From an uncultured Clostridia bacterium (lineage in GTDB: Bacteria > Bacillota > Clostridia > Christensenellales > UBA1242), in contig CAKVFI010000002.1 of assembly GCA_934746715.1 (NCBI GenBank), positions 245,761 through 309,760 on the forward strand: a stretch of 64,000 bases of DNA, given 5' to 3'. How positions within the stretch are numbered: the stretch's first letter is position 1; each line of letters opens with the position of its first letter. The notes beneath the pieces are model-generated. The model ran no database searches and was not told the DNA's origin. It worked only from the letters and a program-made list of their open reading frames with translations. Position numbers and translations under genes: made by a program. Positions 18,630 through 28,330 of this stretch are shown here, in pieces.

Positions 18630-19034
18630 TTAAAATTTACAAATTAATCCCGCAAGGGATTTTTTTGTTGCTTGTGGCAAAAAATTGTTTGATTTTATTT
18701 GATTATTATTTTTGTTTTTATGTGAATAATTGATGAAGTAAAATGATAAAAACAATAAAAAGAAACAATAAAAAATAAATAAAATTTAATAAAAAATTAA
18801 TTTTTAATATTTAAAAACCACTATAAAATAGAATTTTACAATAATTTTTAATATTTTTATTTAATTTTTTAAAATTTTAATTAATTTATTATATTAAATA
18901 ATTTGATTTATTTTTTTATTTAAAAACAAATTGTTTAGTGCTTTGCATATATCTTTATATGTTTGATTTTTTGTTTAAGATTAACTTGTTGATTGAACAA
19001 ATTTGTTGTATAATAAACACATAAGGGTGGAGAT

Positions 19035-19913
19035 ATGACACATAATAAAGATATGGGGTTTACATCTAAATTTGCATTAAAACGTCTGCGCGTTTTTCAC
19101 AAAAAATATAAAATTGGTTTATGTTTGAGTGGTGGTGGTACGCGTGGTTTTGCGCACCTTGGTGCGTTTAAAGCCTTTGAAGAATATGGCATAAAATTTG
19201 ATGCTGTTGCTGGTGCAAGTGCTGGCAGTTTGTTTGGCGCGCTTTATGCAAGTGGGTTGACGTTTGAACAAATTTACGAAATGTCAAAGCAGGTTAAACA
19301 AAGCGATTTTATCAAACAAAAATTTGGCATTTTGCCTTCTAGCATGGATGTGCTTGCGGATACACTTGACAAAGTTTTGCCAATCAAACGCGCAGAAAAT
19401 TTAAAGGTTCCGTATTATGCTGTTGCAGTGGACTTGAAAACAGGCAAACAGGTTGTTTTTAACACTGGCAAACTTGATAGTATTATTACTGGCAGTTGTG
19501 CTATCCCTGGTGTGTTTTTGCCTGTTAAATATCGTGATATGACGCTGATTGATGGTGGTGTTAGAAACAATGTTCCTTCCGATGTCCTTTATAAAAACGG
19601 CTGTGATTTTGTTATTACGATTGACTGCAATTCCACACGCGGCGGTGGAACTGAAAGCAACAAAATGTGGACTCAATTTGTAACAAGCATAGGTATAATG
19701 ATGGTTAACAATTCCAAACAAGGGCTGATGTGGAGCGACCTTGTTATTGCTCCTGACATGGCACGATTTAATTCACTTAAATTGGAAAATAAAGATGAGA
19801 TGATTCAGGCTGGATATGAAGCGGTTGTTAAAGCGTTGCCAGAAATTGAAAAGATATTTTTGGGCAAGCACAAAAGAAAATGGATAGACAAAAGAAAACA
19901 ACAAATTTGGTAA
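19035..19913 (+). CDS. Patatin-like phospholipase
   Basis: GGGTRG oxyanion motif, GASAGS (GxSxG) and DGG of the catalytic dyad. Confidence 0.85.
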   Translation: MTHNKDMGFTSKFALKRLRVFHKKYKIGLCLSGGGTRGFAHLGAFKAFEEYGIKFDAVAGASAGSLFGALYASGLTFEQIYEMSKQVKQSDFIKQKFGILPSSMDVLADTLDKVLPIKRAENLKVPYYAVAVDLKTGKQVVFNTGKLDSIITGSCAIPGVFLPVKYRDMTLIDGGVRNNVPSDVLYKNGCDFVITIDCNSTRGGGTESNKMWTQFVTSIGIMMVNNSKQGLMWSDLVIAPDMARFNSLKLENKDEMIQAGYEAVVKALPEIEKIFLGKHKRKWIDKRKQQIW

Positions 19914-20950
19914 AAATTTTAAAAACATATCAAAAACATAGCAAAATACGCAAAATTATTATGATTTTTGCAATAATTTTGATTATTAGTGCGCTATGTT
20001 TGTTTTTTAACGGGTTAAATCCTGCGATTGTTGGTTGGCTTAAAAATGATTTTTCAATCGTTAGCGCACACAACAATTTGCTTGTCCATTTTGTTGATGT
20101 GGGGCAAGGCGATGCGGTTGCAATCAATTTGCCTGATGATAAACTGGCAGTGATTGATGCGGGACCAAATGATGAAAGAAGCAATTTGATAAGTTATTTG
20201 AATGAGCGAGTTTTTAATTTTAAGCGCAACAAAACAATTGATTATTTGATTTTGACTCATGCAGATGCTGACCATATTGGCGGAGCAATTAAGTTGATTG
20301 AAGAATACAGCGTTGGGACATTGTATATGCCAACAATTGAGGCAGACACAGTTACTTACATATCTTTGAGCGAACGAGTAAATGAAAAACATTTGAATGT
20401 TGAACATTATAATAACGAGTTTAATTTGTGTGGCAAATATAATTTCAAATTTTTCCCTCCATTGGATTATACAGACACAAATAACACTTGCCCGTTAATT
20501 AAATTGGAGTTTGAAAATAAATCATTTTTGTTTACTGGTGATATTGAAACAAAGGCGGAAAAAGATTACATTGAATTGTATGGTAATGAACTTGATGTTG
20601 ATGTGCTTAAAGTGGCGCACCATGGCAGCAAATATTCCAGTTGCGATGAGTTTTTGGCGGTTGTAACACCACAATATGCCATTGTTTCTAGTGGTAACCA
20701 ATATGGCCACCCAAATCAAGAAACGATTGATAGATTAAACAATGTGCATGCCAACATTGTGCGCACTGATACTGTTGGAAATATTATGCTTGTGGTGGGC
20801 AATAATTATGATTTAAGTTTGCTTACTGGCGATTATATTATAACTGGCTTTGTGTTTGATTATCGCATTATTGTGTTGATAATTGATGTTGTGTTAATTG
20901 GAAATATTGTAATAATATTAATAAAAAAAGATAAAAAACATAAAAATTAA
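19880..20950 (+). CDS. Metallo-beta-lactamase-fold protein related to the ComEC C-terminal domain
   Basis: HFVDVGQGDAVAINLP, ILTHADADHIGG and VAHHGS motifs, with TM helices at both ends. The start is uncertain (alternative ATG 19961). Confidence 0.75.
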   Translation: MDRQKKTTNLVKILKTYQKHSKIRKIIMIFAIILIISALCLFFNGLNPAIVGWLKNDFSIVSAHNNLLVHFVDVGQGDAVAINLPDDKLAVIDAGPNDERSNLISYLNERVFNFKRNKTIDYLILTHADADHIGGAIKLIEEYSVGTLYMPTIEADTVTYISLSERVNEKHLNVEHYNNEFNLCGKYNFKFFPPLDYTDTNNTCPLIKLEFENKSFLFTGDIETKAEKDYIELYGNELDVDVLKVAHHGSKYSSCDEFLAVVTPQYAIVSSGNQYGHPNQETIDRLNNVHANIVRTDTVGNIMLVVGNNYDLSLLTGDYIITGFVFDYRIIVLIIDVVLIGNIVIILIKKDKKHKN

Positions 20951-21366
20951 TAGTTTTTTATCAAAATTCATTTATTTTTTACTATTTTTATTAATTTTTT
21001 TTAATGATTAAATAATTTTTAAAAATTTTTAATATATTGTGAATAATTTAAAATTTTGTACACATATTAACAATGTAAGGCAACCCCTTACACACAAGAG
21101 AGATAGTTCTATGCTCCAAAAAAAGCACAATAGTTTGAACGCAATCAGTTGGAAAATCCAACGTACACGTTCTTAGAAGATTTGTGTTTTCGAGCGTAAA
21201 TCAACATCTCTCTTTTTTATTTTTTTGTGCTACTAAATTGCATTATATCTGGCACTACATAAATGATAGGTGAGAATAGAAGCCAAGCAGAGAGGTTAAT
21301 AAAATTCAATTTTTGCTATTGACAATATTTGTGGTTGTGTGATAAACTGCCGATAAAGGAGCAGTT

Positions 21367-21717
21367 ATGTTTGTTGAAAGATTAAATTTGGTTGATGTTG
21401 AAAAAATTTGCAGTAAAGTTTTGGGTAGGGTGAAACCTTATATTGATGAAATGCCAAAATCAGTTAAAATTGATAGGTCAACACCATTTGCAGTGAATGT
21501 CTCTTGGGAATATAGTTCGATTTTGTTTCCGCACACATACATTATTTCTATTACAGATTTTGATGTAAAATTTTATGGTTTTGAACTTGATGAAAATGTT
21601 GTTGACAAAACAAAAAAAGTGTATTTTGATTTTATGAAAAATCGTTTTAATAACTATCAAAAAGAATACGACTTAAACAGAGAAAAGCAAAAAGAATATA
21701 CCATAGATATTGGTTAA
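21367..21717 (+). CDS. Hypothetical small protein
   Basis: AAAGGAG RBS and a 116-codon ORF. Confidence 0.5.
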   Translation: MFVERLNLVDVEKICSKVLGRVKPYIDEMPKSVKIDRSTPFAVNVSWEYSSILFPHTYIISITDFDVKFYGFELDENVVDKTKKVYFDFMKNRFNNYQKEYDLNREKQKEYTIDIG

Positions 21718-21812
21718 AGCAACGAAATTTGCTTTAATGGCAATAAAAAAATCCACAGAAATGTGGATTTTTTGTTTTGCAATATTGAACTGTTTGCAAC
21801 ACAAGGTTCGGC

Positions 21813-22340
21813 TTAACGCTTACTGAATTGTGGAGCTTTACGAGCTTTGTGCAAACCGTATTTTTTACGTTCTTTCTTACGAGCGTCACGTGTTACAAAA
21901 CCAGCTTTTTTAAGTTCAGCGCGAAGCTCTGGACGATATTCCATCAATGCACGAGTGATGCCATGACGAAGAGCGCCTGCTTGACCAGCTTTGCCACCGC
22001 CATAGATGTTGGCAACAATGTCAACATTGCCTTCAGTTTCTGTTAAAACCAAAGGTTGTTTAACGATTGTGATTAATGTGTCAAGGTCGAAGTAATCTTT
22101 CAATTCTTCACCATTAACTTTGATTGAGCCTGTGCCAGTTGTCAAGCGAACACGAGCAACAGAACATTTTCTGCGGCCTGTGCCCAAAAATTCTTGTGCT
22201 TTAGCCTTTGCTTTTGCTTTTGCAGGGGCTTTTTTAACTGTTTTTGTTGCTTTAACTTCTTTAACTTCTTTTTCTGCAGTGTCTGCAACTTTTTTTGTTC
22301 TAGGTGTTCTAACTTTCTTTTCTACAACTTCTTCTGCCAT
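21813..22340 (-). CDS. rpsI: 30S ribosomal protein S9 with a ~45-aa Lys/Ala-rich N-terminal extension
   Basis: The C-terminus reads ...[19 protein letters not shown]...[26 protein letters not shown]. The start overlaps the rplM stop (TAATG). Confidence 0.95.
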   Translation of the reverse strand: MAEEVVEKKVRTPRTKKVADTAEKEVKEVKATKTVKKAPAKAKAKAKAQEFLGTGRRKCSVARVRLTTGTGSIKVNGEELKDYFDLDTLITIVKQPLVLTETEGNVDIVANIYGGGKAGQAGALRHGITRALMEYRPELRAELKKAGFVTRDARKKERKKYGLHKARKAPQFSKR

Positions 22341-22777
22341 TAGTTTTTACCTCCGTTCCAGATTTCAGGTTTTTGTGCTTGATTTACGTGTTCAGCACCT
22401 TTGTAGATATGGCAGTGTGTTGCCATAGTGCGACCCAAACTATTTTTTGGAAGCATACCTTTGATTGCTCTCATCAAAGCAACGTCGCTTTGTTCAGCCA
22501 TCATCTTTTTGTATTGAATCAATTTCAAACCAGATTGATAGCCAGAGTAACGTTTGAAGTATTTTTGTTCTTCCTTTTTGCCTGTTAAAACAAGTTTGTC
22601 GCTGTTTATAATAATAACATTGTCACCGCAGTCAACATTTGGTGTGAAGGTTGCTTTGTGTTTGCCACGAAGAAGACTTGCTGCTTCTGCTGCAACACGG
22701 CCAAGAACTTTGCCTTCTGCATCAATGATGTACCATTTCTTTTCAACGGTGGCGTTGTTTGCCATAATTGTACGCAT
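22340..22777 (-). CDS. rplM: 50S ribosomal protein L13
   Basis: [34 protein letters not shown], with an AAGGAGA RBS. Confidence 0.95.
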   Translation of the reverse strand: MRTIMANNATVEKKWYIIDAEGKVLGRVAAEAASLLRGKHKATFTPNVDCGDNVIIINSDKLVLTGKKEEQKYFKRYSGYQSGLKLIQYKKMMAEQSDVALMRAIKGMLPKNSLGRTMATHCHIYKGAEHVNQAQKPEIWNGGKN

Positions 22778-22920
22778 TGTATTTCTCCTTATAAAAATAA
22801 AATTTTATGTTGTGATAACCCAAGTTTTGCTTGGCGTTTGTGACCTTATTTCGCGTTCAGGTCAATGTTAAGGCGAGCCTTCCCGTGTGGCAGGAAAAAT
22901 CGCACCCAACGTGCAATACT
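22778..22920 (-). promoter_or_regulatory. Possible L13 (rplM) autoregulatory leader
   Basis: About 140-nt GC-enriched 5' UTR between a consensus promoter and rplM. The position matches the Firmicutes L13 leader, but I did not verify the structure. Confidence 0.35.
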
Positions 22921-22925
22921 TGATT

Positions 22926-22954
22926 ATTATATAGGAATAAAAACAAATTGTCAA
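22926..22954 (-). promoter_or_regulatory. Consensus sigma-A promoter of rplM-rpsI
   Basis: On the minus strand: TTGACA (22949-22954), 17-nt spacer, TATAAT (22926-22931). Confidence 0.75.
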
Positions 22955-23157
22955 TATTTTTAGCAAAATTTTTGCATTAAATTAAAGGGTGTAAAAGTTG
23001 ATAAAAGCCATGCTAAATCTCACAAAAAAGTTGTAAAGTGCTTTCAAATTTGTTTGTTTTTGTGGCGTGGGTTTGCTATAATTAAGGTGTTTGATGCGAA
23101 CAATTGTTTGAGTACGCAACAAATTTGTATTACAACTATACTTAAAAGGAAAAGAAA

Positions 23158-25311
23158 ATGGACTTAACAAAACAATTGGCATACGAGTTTAATTTGAAAG
23201 AAGTGTATGCTGAAAACATCATCAATTTGATCGATGAGGGTAACACAATCCCATTCATTGCGCGTTATCGTAAAGAAGCGCACGGTGCGTGTGATGACCA
23301 AGTTTTGCGTGATTTTGCCGATAGGCTCAACTATTTGCGCAACTTGAACAAGGAAAAAGAAAAAGTTGAAAAAGTGATTAGAGAGCAAGAAAAGTGGACA
23401 GACGAAATTGCTTTGGCACTTGAAAATGCGCTCACTCTCACTGAAGTGGAAGATATTTATAGACCTTACAAGCCAAAACGTAAAACAAGGGCAACAGTGG
23501 CTATTGCAAAAGGGCTTGAACCACTTGCTGACGCAATTCAAGCACAAGATATAACTTGCCCGGTTGAAGAAATTGCAAAAGATTATGTAAGCGAAGAAAA
23601 AGGCGTTAAAAACGTTGAAGAAGCTATTGCTGGTGCAAAAGACATTATTGCCGAACGTATAAGTGATGACGCAGCTTTGCGCAAAACTCTGCGTGAAATC
23701 ATTGCCAAAAAAGCTCAAATTAAAGCCGTTTGGGACGAGGAAAAGGACACAAACAAAACCTATGAAAATTATAAAGACTTTTCTGGCGAAGTGGCAAAAC
23801 TCCCAAGCCACCGCATTTTGGCGCTCAACCGTGGCGAAAAGGAAGATTGTTTGAAAGTTGACATTGAAATCAACCCAAAACTTACAATCACTGAAATTGA
23901 AAAGGCTTATAAAAAGGAAAACGAATTTACCAATCAAATTATGCTTGACACCATTCAAGATAGTTACGACAGATTGTTGTTCCCATCTCTTGAAAATGAA
24001 TGCCGCCGTGCTTTGACTGACAGAGCTAACGAACAAGCAATAAAAATGTTTGAAGTGAATTTAAAACCATTGTTGCTTCAAGCACCACTTAAAAACAATG
24101 TTATCATGGGTTATGACCCTGGATATTACAATGGCTGCAAAATTGCAGTTATCGACACAAAAGGCGATGTGCTTGACACAGCAGTTGTGCACCCAACTCC
24201 ACCACAAAATAAGGTTGAAGAAGCAAAGAAAAAATTGCTTGAAATGATTGAACGTAACAAGGTTGACATCATTGCAATTGGCAATGGCACCGCAAGCAAA
24301 GAAAGTGAAATTTTGGTGGCTGATTTGATTAAATCTTGCCCACGCAAAGTTAGTTATGCAATGGTTAATGAAGCGGGCGCGTCAGTTTACAGTGCCTCCA
24401 AACTTGCTGCAAAAGAGTTCCCAGACTACGATGTAAACTTGCGTAGTGCAGTTTCTATTGCACGCAGATTGCAAGACCCTCTTGCAGAACTTATCAAAAT
24501 TGATGTTAAATCAATCGGCGTTGGGCAATATCAACACGATATGCCGCAAAACCGTTTGACAGAAGTGCTTTCAAACACTGTTGAAGACTGTGTTAACAGC
24601 GTTGGCGTTGACTTGAACACTGCGTCTGTTAGCCTTTTGAGTTATGTTTCTGGCATTTCTGGTTCACTTGCAGAAAACATTGTGGATTATCGTAGCCAAG
24701 TTAAACATATTAACGACCGCAGCGAACTTATGAATGTTAAAAAGATGGGGCCAAAAGCTTACGAACAATGTGCAGGCTTTTTGCGCATTACTGACGGCGA
24801 CAATATTTTGGACAACACTGCCGTTCACCCAGAAAGTTACAATGCTGTTAAAAAGTTGCTTGCATTGTTTAGTTTGAGCGATGAGCAAATTAAAACTGGC
24901 GGACTTACTTTGCTACCAAGTTTGATTGACAAAAAAGGCGAGCAAGCAGTTGCTGATGCAATTGGCGTTGGTGTGCCAACTTTGCAAGATATCGTTAAGG
25001 AATTGTTAAAACCAGGTCGTGATATCCGTGAAGATATGCCATTGCCAGAGTTGCGCAGCGATATCCTTTCAATGGAAGACCTTAAGCCAGACATGGTGCT
25101 TGACGGCGTTGTGCGCAATGTTATTGACTTTGGTGCATTTGTTGATATTGGTGTGCATCAAGATGGTTTGGTTCACATTTCTCAAATCAGCAACTCATAC
25201 ATAAGCCACCCAAGCGAAGTGCTTAAAGTTGGTCAAAAAGTTAAAGTTAAAATTTTGTCTGTTGACCTTCAAAAGAAACGCATTTCTCTCACAATGAAAG
25301 GCATTGAATAA
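23158..25311 (+). CDS. tex: Tex-family transcription accessory protein (YqgF-like, HhH and S1 domains)
   Basis: N-terminal IPFIARYRKE motif, 717 aa, C-terminal S1 domain (GVVRNVIDFGAFVDIG...GLVHISQIS). Confidence 0.9.
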   Translation: MDLTKQLAYEFNLKEVYAENIINLIDEGNTIPFIARYRKEAHGACDDQVLRDFADRLNYLRNLNKEKEKVEKVIREQEKWTDEIALALENALTLTEVEDIYRPYKPKRKTRATVAIAKGLEPLADAIQAQDITCPVEEIAKDYVSEEKGVKNVEEAIAGAKDIIAERISDDAALRKTLREIIAKKAQIKAVWDEEKDTNKTYENYKDFSGEVAKLPSHRILALNRGEKEDCLKVDIEINPKLTITEIEKAYKKENEFTNQIMLDTIQDSYDRLLFPSLENECRRALTDRANEQAIKMFEVNLKPLLLQAPLKNNVIMGYDPGYYNGCKIAVIDTKGDVLDTAVVHPTPPQNKVEEAKKKLLEMIERNKVDIIAIGNGTASKESEILVADLIKSCPRKVSYAMVNEAGASVYSASKLAAKEFPDYDVNLRSAVSIARRLQDPLAELIKIDVKSIGVGQYQHDMPQNRLTEVLSNTVEDCVNSVGVDLNTASVSLLSYVSGISGSLAENIVDYRSQVKHINDRSELMNVKKMGPKAYEQCAGFLRITDGDNILDNTAVHPESYNAVKKLLALFSLSDEQIKTGGLTLLPSLIDKKGEQAVADAIGVGVPTLQDIVKELLKPGRDIREDMPLPELRSDILSMEDLKPDMVLDGVVRNVIDFGAFVDIGVHQDGLVHISQISNSYISHPSEVLKVGQKVKVKILSVDLQKKRISLTMKGIE

Positions 25312-25347
25312 CAAATAACATTTCAAAAAATGTTTATTATTAACAAT

Positions 25348-25379
25348 AAAAAACTCACCAAGATTTTGGTGGGTTTTTT
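25348..25379 (+). terminator. Rho-independent terminator of tex
   Basis: AAACTCACCA...TGGTGGGTTT followed by a T-run. Confidence 0.8.
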
Positions 25380-25473
25380 GTGTTATTATTGATTGCTTAT
25401 CTTGTTGAGAGTTTTGTTTTTGGTTTTAACAAAACAAAAAAATCCGCAAAATTGCAGATTTTTAAGTTTGTTT

Positions 25474-26196
25474 TTAGTTTAAATTATAGTCAAATGCCTT
25501 AAAGATTGCACCCATGATAACATTGCATTTTTCAGTGTTTGTGCCATTTGTTTGACCCAATGCATCTTTTAATTCTTGTTGGTCGCTACCAATAACATAA
25601 GCACGGAATGTGAGTGTGATAATGGTTGATTGATAGGCATTGCCCATTTTTTCATGCAATTTAAGTTTGCCTTCTGGTATAACTGAAATAACTTTGCCCT
25701 CATCACTAGAAGCTGGGGCAATAGGTGTTGGAATCATAAGATATCTAAAATCTGCATCATGTTCAACATTTGTGTATCTGCCGTCAAACCAAGTTGTGTC
25801 GCCATGAATGCCGATAAGTGGGTTTGACAAATCATAATCAGTAATTTCATTGCCAAAATTAGGGCTGGATTCATCATTATTGATTGCTTTAACAGTGTAA
25901 ACCACTGCAAGGTAAACATTTGTGTTTGAAGAGTTTGTGACGGTGAGCGCAGTGTTTGGAAGCACTTGCCCAGGAATGTAATAACTGTTTGTGTGCAAAA
26001 GTTCGCTTGAACCACTTGAACCAGTGCCGCCAGCGTTCATTTGAATTTTAAGGTTTGCCATTTGCACAATACCAGAGATTTTTGAACTTGTGGTGCTGTA
26101 ATAAGCATATACGCCGCCAAAAATACAAGTAAGCAACAATAAAATTGCTAGAATGATAATTGTAACTGTTTGACCTGATAATTTCTTTTTTGTCAC
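25474..26196 (-). CDS. Third TasA/camelysin-family protein with SipW-type signal peptide
   Basis: MTKKKLSGQTVTIIILAILLLLTCIFGGVYAYYSTT signal, with a beta-rich body. Confidence 0.7.
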   Translation of the reverse strand: MTKKKLSGQTVTIIILAILLLLTCIFGGVYAYYSTTSSKISGIVQMANLKIQMNAGGTGSSGSSELLHTNSYYIPGQVLPNTALTVTNSSNTNVYLAVVYTVKAINNDESSPNFGNEITDYDLSNPLIGIHGDTTWFDGRYTNVEHDADFRYLMIPTPIAPASSDEGKVISVIPEGKLKLHEKMGNAYQSTIITLTFRAYVIGSDQQELKDALGQTNGTNTEKCNVIMGAIFKAFDYNLN

Positions 26197-26448
26197 TTTT
26201 TACCCCTAAATAAATGATCTTGAAATTTATATTTGAAATGCTTGCACAAAATTGTGCACATTTTGTTTTCTTAATTTATTGTAGAGAAAAATAAGTGTAA
26301 AGTCAAACGGAAATTAAATAATTGTGCGAAAAATTAAAAAAATATTGGATTTTTGACGAAATTAATATGAATAATGTTGGTTTTTGGTGTTGGTTAAAAT
26401 TGATTTTTGCATTATTATTTACTGCGTAAAAAATAAAATCTATAAATT

Positions 26449-26814
26449 TTAAACAAATTGATCAACCAAATAATTTTTTATTATTCGTATAAATTTACAG
26501 CAACTGGGTGGCTGTGATTCAATCCAATATTTCGATAATTTTGCCTTTAAAGATTGCTCCCATTTTATTGCAATTAAATTGCGGATATCTCGCTCAATGG
26601 TGCAATCGTTTTTATTGTATTTTTCAGCAAGATTGGGGTACACCTGCTTTGAGAATGACTGAATAAAAACATTTTCATTTATAAGTTGATACATGATGTC
26701 GCTTAAATAGTAAAACGCCGTATACTTTGTTTCGATACCTAAATCAATAAGGCGCTTATTAATAAAATAATTTTTTAAAATAAAACCAAAATAACAACTC
26801 TCTTTATGGCACAT
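26449..26814 (-). CDS. Stand-alone Spo0A C-terminal (DNA-binding) domain protein, no receiver domain
   Basis: The stretch ...FSKQVYPNLAEKYNKNDCTIERDIRNLIAIKWEQ... parallels Spo0A ...[32 protein letters not shown]... Confidence 0.65.
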   Translation of the reverse strand: MCHKESCYFGFILKNYFINKRLIDLGIETKYTAFYYLSDIMYQLINENVFIQSFSKQVYPNLAEKYNKNDCTIERDIRNLIAIKWEQSLKAKLSKYWIESQPPSCCKFIRIIKNYLVDQFV

Positions 26815-26975
26815 AATTTTTCCTTTTAAAATGGATATAAAAAACCATACTCATTTTTAATATTGTTTTAAAAAAATTTGTCAAAGTTTTGTTGGTCGTT
26901 TAAAAAGTTAAATGATGCGACTCAATAAATTTGACTGATGATTGTAGATTAGCATTTTTAAAAATCAATGTCAAC

Positions 26976-27016
26976 AATTTTGTACAAAAATATTTGAATT
27001 TTGTACAAAAATATTT
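26976..27016. promoter_or_regulatory. Tandem operator-like repeat, 2 x AATTTTGTACAAAAATATTT (period 21 nt)
   Basis: Perfect 20-nt copies at 26976-26995 and 26997-27016 with a palindromic TTTTGTACAAAA core. The 15-mer TTTTGTACAAAAATA recurs at 31064-31078. Confidence 0.6.
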
Positions 27017-27175
27017 AAAATTGAGCAAAAAGCCTTAAAAATAGGCTAAAATTGGGGTATATTTGCTTAAATTTTTGAGTTTAAAATTGAAAAAATATTG
27101 CATTATAACAAAATTAAATTATTTAAAATCAACAAAAAACTTTCATATATGGGACAAACCATCATAAATTAAAGT

Positions 27176-27742
27176 ATGAGCAAAATTTGGATTGTGATGA
27201 TTATTTCAAGCCTTGTTATGCTTTGCGTGGTTGCTCCCAGCAAAGTGGTTGGCACAATGATGGAAGCAAGCAAAATGGGCGTAACCATGTGTATTGAATT
27301 TATTGGCATTTACGCTGTTTGGATGGGTATAATGCAAGTTATGGACGATTGCAAATTGAGCCACAAACTTTCAAACATATTAAGCAAACCTATTCGCCAC
27401 ATTTTTGGGCGAACGGACGAAGAAACAGAAAAAAATATTTGTTTAAACATCGCTTCAAACATTATTGGCATTGGCAGTGCTGCAACACCATATGGCATAA
27501 AAGCAATGCGCGGGCTAGATAAAGGTGACAAAAAGGCAACAAGAGCAATGATTATGCTTGTTGTGATAAATTCCACCGGCATTCAACTTTTGCCAACAAC
27601 TGTGATTGGCATGCGAGCAATGGCAGGCAGCGTTAGCCCAAGTTGCATTTTGTGGCCAACAATTGTTTCCACTTTTGTGCCAACCATTTTGGGCATTTTG
27701 CTTGTTGCAAGTTTTTACAGAAGGCGGAAACAAAATGGCTGA
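27176..27742 (+). CDS. spmA: Spore maturation protein A-like (nucleoside-recognition/Gate domain)
   Basis: Polytopic membrane protein paired with and overlapping a SpmB-like gene. Gate-domain-like GIGSAATPYGIKAM segment. Confidence 0.7.
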   Translation: MSKIWIVMIISSLVMLCVVAPSKVVGTMMEASKMGVTMCIEFIGIYAVWMGIMQVMDDCKLSHKLSNILSKPIRHIFGRTDEETEKNICLNIASNIIGIGSAATPYGIKAMRGLDKGDKKATRAMIMLVVINSTGIQLLPTTVIGMRAMAGSVSPSCILWPTIVSTFVPTILGILLVASFYRRRKQNG

Positions 27743-28241
27743 TTTGTTTATTCCTATTATGATTTGTGGGGTTATGCTTTACGCGCTTGTTAAGGGTGTT
27801 GATGCTTACTCTGGTTTTGTTGCTGGGGCAAAGGGCGCGTTGCCGCTTATGGCAAGTTTGATGCCGTTTATCATTGCGATGTTTGTTGCAGTGGAACTTT
27901 TTCGTCACAGTGGGTTGAGCGCTATTTTGTGCAATTTTTTAGCGCCTGCTTTTAGGTTTTTGGGCATTCCTGTTGAAATTTGCGAGTTGACCCTTATCCG
28001 TCCTTTTAGTTCTAACGCAGCATATGTGCTTTTGCGTGATATTTTTGCCAAATATGGCGTTGACAGTTATGTGGGCAAATGTGCAAGTGTTGTTATGGGC
28101 AGCAGCGACACAATTTTTTATGTTAGTTCCATTTATTTTGCTTCCACAAAAGTTAAAAAAACAGGGTTAACAATTCCAATTGCGTTGGTGTGCAACCTTG
28201 CGTGCGCGGTGTTGGCGTGCTTTTGTTGCCGATTTATTTAA
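27735..28241 (+). CDS. spmB: Spore maturation protein B-like
   Basis: The start at ATG 27735 overlaps the spmA end. Membrane protein MADLFIPIMICGVMLYALVKGVDAY... Confidence 0.7.
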   Translation: MADLFIPIMICGVMLYALVKGVDAYSGFVAGAKGALPLMASLMPFIIAMFVAVELFRHSGLSAILCNFLAPAFRFLGIPVEICELTLIRPFSSNAAYVLLRDIFAKYGVDSYVGKCASVVMGSSDTIFYVSSIYFASTKVKKTGLTIPIALVCNLACAVLACFCCRFI

Positions 28242-28330
28242 TTTAAACACAATATGTGGTGTAAATATATAATATTGTTTAATATATCTCTTGCATTTTT
28301 TGTTGTGTTGTGTTACAATAGCCAAGCATT

